A stretch of 64,000 nucleotides of DNA from Candidatus Stackebrandtia excrementipullorum (GTDB taxonomy: Bacteria > Actinomycetota > Actinomycetes > Mycobacteriales > Micromonosporaceae): positions 7,978 through 71,977 of the forward strand of contig DXGR01000092.1 in NCBI GenBank assembly GCA_019113825.1, in the 5' to 3' direction. This document shows, one piece after another, positions 54,584-62,548 of this stretch; the first letter of the stretch is position 1; the number at the start of each line of letters is the position of its first letter. Under the pieces are notes generated by a model. The model did no database searches and had not been told where the DNA came from. It saw only the letters and a list, made by a program, of their open reading frames with translations. A program made the position numbers and the translations under genes.

Positions 54584-55627
54584 TTAATGGTCGCGGCAGG
54601 TGACCAGCCGCGCCAACGCCTCCAGTTCCGCCGTCGACCGTCGGTTCAGGCCGCCGTTTCGCAGCCGCTCGACGGCTCGCTCCAGCAGAGCATCGGCCTC
54701 CCGACCCGACCATAGGCGACCGCCGGCCGCCACGATCAGGTCAGCCGCCACGGCACGGTCGGCCGGGCTCAATTCACCGTCGCGGTAATACAGGCGAGCG
54801 AGTCGTCGTCCATGAGGGGTCGCCGAATTCAACGCCGCCACGACCGGCAGCGACTTCTTGCGGTTGTACAGATCCGAATGCGCCGGCTTGCCCGTCACCA
54901 CCGGGTCACCCCAGATACCCAGAAGATCGTCGACGAATTGGAACGCCAACCCGAGTTCCGAACCGAAGGTGCGCAACAACGCCACCTGGTCACGGTCACC
55001 ACCGCCGAACAACGCCCCCAGGGCACACGCGCCACCCAACAACGCACCCGTCTTGGACGCGGCCATGGCCACACACTCCTCAACGGCCACGTCGCCTCGC
55101 CGTTCGAAGGCCATGTCGACGCTTTGCCCGTCGATCAGTTCCTGAATCGTGGCGTTCAACAGCCGCACCCCCTCCACGGCACGGGGGTGGCCGTCGGCCG
55201 CCACGACGTCCATCGCCAGCGTCGACAGTGCGTCACCGGCCAAAATCGCCTCGCCCTCACCGAACACCGTCCACGCCGTGGGTCGATGGCGACGTGTCAC
55301 GTCCCGATCGATCACGTCGTCGTGCAGCAGCGAAAAGTTGTGCACCAACTCGACGGCGGCCGCCGCCCGTACCGCCGCAGGCCCCGCCTCGCCGACGGCC
55401 TCGGCGCACACCAACGCCAACGTCGGTCGGATTGCCTTCCCGCCCGGCTCCTCCACAGTGCACCCCTCGGCATCCCACCAGCCCAGGTGATAACCCGCGA
55501 TGCGACGCATCGTGGGCCCCAACGTGTCGACGGCGTCACGCAGAACCGGTTCGATTCGCCGCCTAGCCGCCCGGATCACCTCGGCTGCGGTCCGGCTTTC
55601 GGCTATGTCCGTCGTGGTCATGTCCAT
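54584..55627 (-). CDS. Short-chain polyprenyl diphosphate synthase (encapsulin-cargo type)
   Basis: GGKAIRP, HNFSLLHDDVID (FARM), RRHRPT, KTGAL, FQFVDDLLGIWGDP..TGKP..SDL..RKKSLPV. Confidence 0.93.
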   Translation of the reverse strand: MDMTTTDIAESRTAAEVIRAARRRIEPVLRDAVDTLGPTMRRIAGYHLGWWDAEGCTVEEPGGKAIRPTLALVCAEAVGEAGPAAVRAAAAVELVHNFSLLHDDVIDRDVTRRHRPTAWTVFGEGEAILAGDALSTLAMDVVAADGHPRAVEGVRLLNATIQELIDGQSVDMAFERRGDVAVEECVAMAASKTGALLGGACALGALFGGGDRDQVALLRTFGSELGLAFQFVDDLLGIWGDPVVTGKPAHSDLYNRKKSLPVVAALNSATPHGRRLARLYYRDGELSPADRAVAADLIVAAGGRLWSGREADALLERAVERLRNGGLNRRSTAELEALARLVTCRDH

Positions 55628-55685
55628 CCTTCTTCGCCGACAAACGGAAAAAGCCGGATGGTTTGCTCCACCCGGCCGTCAATGA

Positions 55686-56141
55686 TCAGCCGTATCGACC
55701 GATCTCGACACTCTCCAACATCCCCAACGCATCGGGCACAAGGGTGCCGACCGGGAACGACCTGATGGCCTTCTCATCCGTCCTCGTGAAACGCATCGAC
55801 AGACCCGGCCGGTACCCGTCGGGGGCGCCCGTCTGACGTAGGCGGACCACGCCCTCATCGTCGTCGACGCCATGCAAGATCGGCAGGCCTTCCGGTTCCG
55901 GTGGGATCGTGCGCCCCCGGGGACCGGCATCGGCAAACGAGCTCCACCGGTCTCCGACGGTGTGAGTGAGACGACGGTGCCCGCGATAAACGCCGCTGGT
56001 CCGCACCCACTGTCGGATCTTCACCGGCCATCGCAACGAAATGCCCTGCCTCCGCGGAATCGACTTCGTCGTGGCCGGGTTTCTGACGGTGGCGGTGGAC
56101 AAGCTCCGATTCTTTGGTTCGGTCTCCACTGCGACAGGCAT
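55686..56141 (-). pseudogene. Truncated, decayed family 2B encapsulin shell gene
   Basis: SLSTATVRNPATTKSIPRRQGISLRWPVKIRQWVRTSGVYRGHRRLTHTVGD matches the recalled N terminus of family 2B shells; stops after 151 aa; directly upstream of the cargo-type prenyltransferase. Confidence 0.75.
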
Positions 56142-56367
56142 GGTCGTCCCCCGTATATATCGAGTCGGGAAGCACCGGCCGGTCATGGCCGGGGTGCGCA
56201 CCGAACAGTAGAGCGTCACCGGGTCACGACTTGACAGCACGCGCCGACAACAGCGCCAATTTCTGCTTTGCTAAATCTTGCGGCCCAACAGATGGACGTA
56301 TGTCGCCGTTCGGCGCGAAACCTCGCGGTTCTTCCCCCCCACCGCTTCGGTGCCATAGCCTTCACTC

Positions 56368-57336
56368 ATGAGCGATCTCGACATCCGGCCGACCGTGCGG
56401 GAATGCGGCGGCCGCGCCGACGTCACGGCACAACCCGTCCGGGAACTGTTGACCGGGCGTGACATGCCCCTGGGAGAAAGCACGGTGGTGCGGCGTCTGC
56501 TCCCGACTCTCGGACGCCGCATGATCGGAGCATGGTGTTTCGTGGACCACTACGGTCCCGACGACATCGTCGACAAACCGGGTATGCAGGTGCCACCACA
56601 CCCGCATACCGGCCTGCAAACGGTCAGTTGGCTCCGGCAAGGCGAGATTCTCCACAATGACAGCCTCGGAAGCAGCCAGGTCCTCACACCCGGCGCCCTC
56701 GGATTGATGACCGCCGGCCGAGGCATATCGCACTCCGAACAGACGCCACGCTCCCACGCGCCGCTTCTGCACGGTGCTCAACTGTGGGTGGCGCTACCCG
56801 ACGAACACCGCCACGTCGCACCCGCCTGGGAGTACCACCAGGGCACTCCGGTCGATCACGGGTCGGGAGTGACGTCGACGGTGATCCTCGGCGAGTTCGC
56901 GAACGTCACCTCACCCGGTACGACGTATTCACCGTTGGTCGGGGTGGCGCTCGACGTCGCCGGAGGGACTTCCACGAACCTGCCGTTGGAACGCGACTTC
57001 GAGTACGCGGCGCTGGCCATGCACGGGCGCGTCGATATCGACGGTGTACCCGTGGAACCGGGAAGTCTTCTCTATCTGGGCAGCGGCCGCAGCCGACTAC
57101 CCGTAGAGGCCACACACGACGGTGCCGTCATGCTGTTGGGTGGAGAACCCTTCGAGGAGAAGCTCCTCATGTGGTGGAACTTCATCGGGAGGACCGACGA
57201 CGAGGTCCGGCGGTACCGCGACCAGTGGCAACAACGGGACCCGCGTTTCGGTGAGGTCGACTCGTACGACGGGGCACGCCTGTCCGCGCCACCGTTCCCC
57301 GACCTTCCGTTGAAGCCGCGCGGCCGTACCAGGTAA
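56368..57336 (+). CDS. Pirin family protein
   Basis: WCFVDHYGP, PHPHTGLQTVSW, H.DSLG, MTAGRGISHSE, QLWVALP, GGEPF.E...MWWNF. Confidence 0.95.
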   Translation: MSDLDIRPTVRECGGRADVTAQPVRELLTGRDMPLGESTVVRRLLPTLGRRMIGAWCFVDHYGPDDIVDKPGMQVPPHPHTGLQTVSWLRQGEILHNDSLGSSQVLTPGALGLMTAGRGISHSEQTPRSHAPLLHGAQLWVALPDEHRHVAPAWEYHQGTPVDHGSGVTSTVILGEFANVTSPGTTYSPLVGVALDVAGGTSTNLPLERDFEYAALAMHGRVDIDGVPVEPGSLLYLGSGRSRLPVEATHDGAVMLLGGEPFEEKLLMWWNFIGRTDDEVRRYRDQWQQRDPRFGEVDSYDGARLSAPPFPDLPLKPRGRTR

Positions 57337-57342
57337 AACGGC

Positions 57343-57382
57343 CCGTGGTCGTCGTGCCGACGGACCGACACGACGACCACGG
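57343..57382. terminator. Bidirectional hairpin between pirin and livF
   Basis: 14-bp stem ccgtggtcgtcgtg / cacgacgaccacgg. Confidence 0.75.
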
Positions 57383-58123
57383 TCACGCACTCTCGTCGGC
57401 CGACGCCGGATGCACCGCGACCCCCGAGGAATCCAACGCCAACGCCGCGTAGACCGCCGAACCGTCGGAGCGAACGTCCTCGCCGTCGAAAACGTGAGTG
57501 ACCCGACCGTTGTCCAGTACGCACAACTTGTCGGCGACCGCGATCGGCCACCGTGGTTGCGGGGCCGCCAGAACGATCGCCATACCCGACCGCGCCAACC
57601 GCGACACGGTTTCCTGGATCTGTTGCACGACAACCGGTGCGAGGCCTTCGGTCGGCTCGTCCAGCAGCAGTACCCGTGGCCCGGTCAACAGTGCTCTCGC
57701 CACGGCCAGCATCTGCTGTTCACCACCGGACAACTGTGCGCCGCGACTACGTCGTCGCTGCGCCAACCGGGGAAACATCTCCCAAATACGATCCGGCGTC
57801 CACTCGCTGCCGCGCCGCCGGGAGATCGCGATGTGCTCGGCAACCGTCACGGTGCCGAAAACCCTGCGTCCCTGCGGCACGTAACCGATACCGGCCCGAG
57901 CGCGGCGGTGAACGGGCCAACCGGTCACCACCCGGGAGTCCCACCGCACCGTGCCCTCTGCGGGCAACAATCCGGCGATCACCTGCATCAACGTGGACTT
58001 ACCCGCACCGTTGTGCCCGACCACCGCCGTGATCTTCCCCGGTTCCGCGGTCAGGTCGACGTCGTGTAGCACGGCGCCCCCCTGATATCCGGCCGTCACG
58101 GCTTCCAGCTCAAGCAGACTCAT
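57383..58123 (-). CDS. Branched-chain amino acid-type ABC transporter ATP-binding subunit (LivF-like)
   Basis: GHNGAGKST, LSGGEQQM, LLLDEPTEGLAP. Confidence 0.93.
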   Translation of the reverse strand: MSLLELEAVTAGYQGGAVLHDVDLTAEPGKITAVVGHNGAGKSTLMQVIAGLLPAEGTVRWDSRVVTGWPVHRRARAGIGYVPQGRRVFGTVTVAEHIAISRRRGSEWTPDRIWEMFPRLAQRRRSRGAQLSGGEQQMLAVARALLTGPRVLLLDEPTEGLAPVVVQQIQETVSRLARSGMAIVLAAPQPRWPIAVADKLCVLDNGRVTHVFDGEDVRSDGSAVYAALALDSSGVAVHPASADESA

Positions 58124-58862
58124 CAGTTGTCCCCAGATACACCTCGGCAACCCGCGGATCGGCGGCGATCTCGGCGGGAGTGCCGGTGGCCAATTCACGT
58201 CCTTCATGGAGCACCGTCACGTCGTCGGCGATCGCGGTGACCACGTCCTGGTGGTGCTCAACCAACAGGACGGTCAAATCCTCGGGGAGGCCGCGAAGGC
58301 ACTCCACCAGCGCCTCGGTGTCGGAGTCGGTCAGCCCCGCCGCCGGTTCGTCCAATAGCAACAGACGAGGTTCACTCATCAACGCCATCGCGATCTCCAG
58401 CAGCCGCCGACGACCGTGCGACAGTTCACCCGCCACCGTCTCGGCGTCATCGGCCAGCCCCAACGTGTCCAGTTGTCTCATCGCCTCGGCTGCCAGATAC
58501 CGGCGTCGCGCAGCGGGCTGCCACCGGTATTGCGTCCGATGTGGTCTCGCTGCCGTCGTCAGATTCTCCAGACACGTGAACGTGTCCAGCAGCGCGGGCG
58601 TCTGGAAGGTCCGGGCGATCCCCCGACGGGCACGCCGATGGGATGCACGGCGCGTGATGTCGACGCCGTCGAAGCGAATTCGACCGGAGGTCGGTTTCAC
58701 CGCCCCGGCGATCATGTGCAGGACCGTGGACTTACCGGCACCGTTACAACCGATCAACGCATGCCTGTCGCCCTGCGCCACGGTGAAGGAGAACCCGTCG
58801 ACGGCGTGGACGCGCCCGTAGTGACGGACCAGGTCGTCGACGACGAGAAGTTTGCTGTTCAT
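58110..58862 (-). CDS. ABC transporter ATP-binding subunit (LivG-like)
   Basis: GCNGAGKST, ARTFQ, LSHG, LLLDEPAAG, VEHH, VAEVYLG. Confidence 0.93.
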   Translation of the reverse strand: MNSKLLVVDDLVRHYGRVHAVDGFSFTVAQGDRHALIGCNGAGKSTVLHMIAGAVKPTSGRIRFDGVDITRRASHRRARRGIARTFQTPALLDTFTCLENLTTAARPHRTQYRWQPAARRRYLAAEAMRQLDTLGLADDAETVAGELSHGRRRLLEIAMALMSEPRLLLLDEPAAGLTDSDTEALVECLRGLPEDLTVLLVEHHQDVVTAIADDVTVLHEGRELATGTPAEIAADPRVAEVYLGTTDESA

Positions 58863-59857
58863 GTGGCCCCTCCTCTCTTCAACCGCATCAGGCCGACGCG
58901 TCTCATCGCACCGGCGAAACCGTCCGGCAGCAGGTACACAACCGCGATGAACAACAATCCGAGGACCAGCGGCCCATGCTCGGCGACGGACGTAGAGGCC
59001 CAGTCCCGAATCATCAGCACCAGACCGATCCCGAAAACGGCGCCGTTGAGGGAACTCGCGCCACCGATCACCACGGCCATCAAAACCAGCGCCGATATCG
59101 TGAAGTTCGCATCCGCCGGAAAGACCATGCGTTGACTCGACGCCATCAACGACCCGCCGATACCGGCGACCGCCCCGGCACCCACGTATACGCCGACCAG
59201 GTAGATGCCGACGCGGTGCCCGTCGGCACGCATCCTGGCCTCGTTGTCACGGATTCCACGGATGAGTCGCCCCGGTGTGGCGGCCGTCAACGCCGCCACG
59301 ATGCCGACCACCACGACCGCCACGCCGAAGCAGTACCAGTACATGGATTCGGGATCGACCATCGGGTCGGACCCGAAGAAGAACCGGGTGGCGTCATATC
59401 GACCGGTTCCGTCGGTGCCGCCGCTGACACTGGTCCAGCGTTGCATGACCTCATAGGTCAACTCACCGATCGCCAACGTGAGCATCAGAAAAACCACGCC
59501 GCGGGTACGCACCACCGCCGGGCCCAACACCAGACAGAAGATCGCGGCGGCCGCCGCAGACGCCAGGACCAACAAGGGTCCCACCGTGAGACCGGCGCGG
59601 ATCAACACGACCGTGGTGTACATGCCGACGGCGTAGGGAGCGACCTGTCCCAGGCTGGGCAGGCCGGCGTTGCCTGCGAGGATCGCGACACTGACGGCCA
59701 GCAGTCCGAGCGCGAGCACCTCCGACAACGACATCAACGTGTACGCGTCCAACACGAATGGCATGCACGCCAAGACGATCACGACGACAACACTGAACAG
59801 ACGGGCATCCAGCAGACGCCCCGGCGTCAGATTCTTCAATGGACTAGGCCGAGTCAT
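58859..59857 (-). CDS. ABC transporter permease (LivM-like)
   Basis: GLPSLGQ, MLTLAIGE, GGTDG, GIRDNEAR...G. Confidence 0.92.
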   Translation of the reverse strand: MTRPSPLKNLTPGRLLDARLFSVVVVIVLACMPFVLDAYTLMSLSEVLALGLLAVSVAILAGNAGLPSLGQVAPYAVGMYTTVVLIRAGLTVGPLLVLASAAAAAIFCLVLGPAVVRTRGVVFLMLTLAIGELTYEVMQRWTSVSGGTDGTGRYDATRFFFGSDPMVDPESMYWYCFGVAVVVVGIVAALTAATPGRLIRGIRDNEARMRADGHRVGIYLVGVYVGAGAVAGIGGSLMASSQRMVFPADANFTISALVLMAVVIGGASSLNGAVFGIGLVLMIRDWASTSVAEHGPLVLGLLFIAVVYLLPDGFAGAMRRVGLMRLKRGGAT

Positions 59858-60729
59858 GTGCGACCTCCCAACAGCAACGGTGGGGGTTTTCGCACCAACA
59901 GGGCCACCGCCATCGCGCCGAACAACAGGTACGGGGTCCAGTCCGGTGCCAACGCGACACCGAACGTGTGGACCTGCCCCACCGCGAGAGCCGCGATAAA
60001 GGCGCCTCCGACCGACCCCAGTCCGCCCACCACCACGATGATGAGCGACTGCATGAGCACCACGTTGGCGGTGTTCGGGCCGGGGCCGAGAATCGGTGCG
60101 CCCAAAGCGCCGGCCAGTCCGGCCACGGCGCCGGCGACGGTCAAGACTCCGCCGAGAACGAGGCGGGGGCTGGTCCCGATCGCCGCGACCATCTGTCGAT
60201 CGTCGACCATGGCGCGGACCAGGGCCCCGACACGACTTTTCGTGATGATCAACCAGCCGACGATCGCCAGGATCGATGCGAACCCGATGAACAACAGGTG
60301 GTAGGCGGAGTAATGGTGCCCTCCGATCGTGACCGGGCCGCTGAGCGCATCCGGTAGGACGGGACGTTTGTAGGAGGCACCGAAGGCCACCACAAGAAGA
60401 TGCCCCACCACCAGCGATATACCGAAGGTCAACAGAGCCTGAGCCATGTGACCGCGTTTCGCCAACGGCGCCACGGCGACCGACAGTCCACTGCCGAACA
60501 GCGCTCCGGCGAGTGCTCCGACGAGCACGGCCAACAGCAGTCCGGTCCAGCTTCCGTCGGACATCACGAATGCGGCGTATCCGCCGACGGCAAAAAACGT
60601 TCCATGTGCCAGGTTCAGGACGTCGGCGACTCCAAAAGCCAACGTGAGTCCACTGGCAACAGTGAATAGCAACAGACCGTAGGCAAGGCCTCCGATCAGA
60701 TGCGGCACAAAACCATCCAAGAAATCCAC
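59854..60729 (-). CDS. ABC transporter permease (LivH-like)
   Basis: GLTLAFGVADVLNLAHG, VVVVGGLGS-type motif. Confidence 0.92.
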   Translation of the reverse strand: MDFLDGFVPHLIGGLAYGLLLFTVASGLTLAFGVADVLNLAHGTFFAVGGYAAFVMSDGSWTGLLLAVLVGALAGALFGSGLSVAVAPLAKRGHMAQALLTFGISLVVGHLLVVAFGASYKRPVLPDALSGPVTIGGHHYSAYHLLFIGFASILAIVGWLIITKSRVGALVRAMVDDRQMVAAIGTSPRLVLGGVLTVAGAVAGLAGALGAPILGPGPNTANVVLMQSLIIVVVGGLGSVGGAFIAALAVGQVHTFGVALAPDWTPYLLFGAMAVALLVRKPPPLLLGGRT

Positions 60730-60785
60730 GGCGGGAAATCTCCTTGTCCGGTGAAACGGGTCGAAAACTGCACGACGACCGACGG

Positions 60786-60861
60786 CAGACGGTCGGAGCA
60801 GGAGTCGCGCCGACCGTCTGTGAACGATGCCGTGACGGGACGGCCTTCACGCCGTCCCGTC
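60786..60861 (-). other. Two stem-loops downstream of the solute-binding protein gene (mRNA stabiliser or partial terminator)
   Basis: 11-bp stems at 60786-60796/60810-60820 and 60834-60844/60851-60861. Confidence 0.55.
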
Positions 60862-60869
60862 ATCCTTTG

Positions 60870-62051
60870 TCATCCGCCGATCGTGGCCAATTCGTCGATA
60901 ACCACGTTCGCCAGCTGCTGACCGTCCAATTGGACCTGCCGCAGATACCACTTCTGAATGGGTGAGTGGGCGTTTTCGCTGAACCGCCACGGGCCGCGAG
61001 GGCTGTCGATCTCGCCCAACGCAGCGATGGCTTCGTTGATCGCCGCGGGCGTGACCTCCTGGTCCATGGGGATCGACGCGATGGCACGGTCCAGTACCTG
61101 CGCGGCGTCCCATGCACACACCGAGTACAACGCCGGTTGGCCGGGGTGCCCGGCAGCCGACCATGCGGCGACGAATTCCCGGTTGGCGGCGTTGTCGAGG
61201 TCGGGTGAATAGTTCATGACGCTGTAGACGCCTTCAGCGTCGTCACCTTGTGCGTTCAACACCGATCCTTCGGTGATGAACGACCCGTACAGGGGAATGT
61301 CCTTCGCATCCGAATTCGCCCACTGCTTCACAAAATTGATGGCCGCCTCGCCGGCGTAAAAGGTGTAAATCGCCACTGCGTCCGTGCGGGCGATTTCTGT
61401 GAAATAAGGGGTGAAGTCGGTCGTCGCGGGGAAGGGTGTCCACAGGGCCTCGTCCTCTACGTTGGCCAGTGTGCCGCCCTCGGCGAGAAAGGTCTTGGTG
61501 AAACCGTTCAGCTGGTCGTAACCGCCCTGGTATCCCGGACCGATCGCGTACACGGGCCCGTCGATGTTCTCGACCATGTACGGCGCGATGGCGGTGCCGT
61601 TCTCCTCGGAGATCCAGCTGGTGTGCCACAAGCCCTGCAACTGGTCGGGGTCCAACGTCGGGCGTCCGCCGGAGCCGATGAGCGGCATCTCGTGTTCCTG
61701 AGCGAGAACGGAGATCTCGGCATAGGAACCACCGGCCATGACACCGGTCAAGGCACTGACCTCGTCTTGCAGAATGAACTTCTCCGCGACGTCGACCGCC
61801 GTCTCGGGGCCTTCGCCTTCGTTTCCAACCAACAACTCGACATCACGTCCGCCGAGTTTTCCGTCATGCGTGTCAAGGTAGAGCTGGAAGCCGTTGCGCA
61901 TTTCCTCGCCCGGCTCCTGGTAAATACCGGTGAGCGGTGTGATCAGCCCGATCTTGACGGCGTCTGGGTTTTCCTCGCTTCCTGAACATCCGGCCAGCAC
62001 CATCGTCAGCGCAGTCCCCAACAGCAGGGCGCGCCTTGGTAGTTGCTTCAT
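60870..62051 (-). CDS. ABC transporter substrate-binding lipoprotein (LivK-like periplasmic binding protein type 1)
   Basis: Lipobox LAG-C; IGLITPLTG, YSPDLDNAAN..FV, DSPRG. Confidence 0.92.
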   Translation of the reverse strand: MKQLPRRALLLGTALTMVLAGCSGSEENPDAVKIGLITPLTGIYQEPGEEMRNGFQLYLDTHDGKLGGRDVELLVGNEGEGPETAVDVAEKFILQDEVSALTGVMAGGSYAEISVLAQEHEMPLIGSGGRPTLDPDQLQGLWHTSWISEENGTAIAPYMVENIDGPVYAIGPGYQGGYDQLNGFTKTFLAEGGTLANVEDEALWTPFPATTDFTPYFTEIARTDAVAIYTFYAGEAAINFVKQWANSDAKDIPLYGSFITEGSVLNAQGDDAEGVYSVMNYSPDLDNAANREFVAAWSAAGHPGQPALYSVCAWDAAQVLDRAIASIPMDQEVTPAAINEAIAALGEIDSPRGPWRFSENAHSPIQKWYLRQVQLDGQQLANVVIDELATIGG

Positions 62052-62143
62052 GCGTTCTCCAAGTGGGGGTGGAGGGGTAGAACTAACTACATCGGTGGGA
62101 GACCGCATTGATGGGGGGTGAGGTCTCCCACCGACCATCCGGA

Positions 62144-62548
62144 TCAGCCGTGGGTGGGCTGACCGGAACGTGGGTGTGGGGTCAGCGCCGGGCCGACCTT
62201 GTTGATCAGATCGGCCAGTTCGTGACCCACCTGTCCGATGTCGCAGCCGTGGGCCGCGAGGGCGAGCAGGCTCGCGCCGCTGGAAACGGCCATGGAGAAC
62301 ATGTACCCGCCGCGCATCTCGGTCAGGTTGCTGACGACGGGATCCGCTTGAAGCGAGCGGGCGGCTCCCCCGAGCAGGCTCACCAGGCCGGAGGCGATGG
62401 CCGCCAACCGGTCGGCGTCGTCAACGGCCAGGTCGTCGTTTCTGGCGACCAACAGTCCGTCGGCGGCCACGGCGATCACGTGGGTGACGTGCGGGACACG
62501 TTCTACAAAGTCGTTAAGCAGGAAATCCAGGTCAAGGTCAGTCGTCAC
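62144..62548 (-). CDS. Roadblock/LC7 domain protein (conservon CvnB-like)
   Basis: LDFLLNDFV..VP.V...IAVAADGLL, ADRLAAIASGL.SL, EMRGG, DIGQVGHE. Confidence 0.93.
   Translation of the reverse strand: MTTDLDLDFLLNDFVERVPHVTHVIAVAADGLLVARNDDLAVDDADRLAAIASGLVSLLGGAARSLQADPVVSNLTEMRGGYMFSMAVSSGASLLALAAHGCDIGQVGHELADLINKVGPALTPHPRSGQPTHG

Noticed and set aside
57383-58123. LivG and LivF both end in DESA
   Set aside because: The LivG ending is dictated by overlap with the LivF start codon and the nucleotide sequences differ; coincidence.
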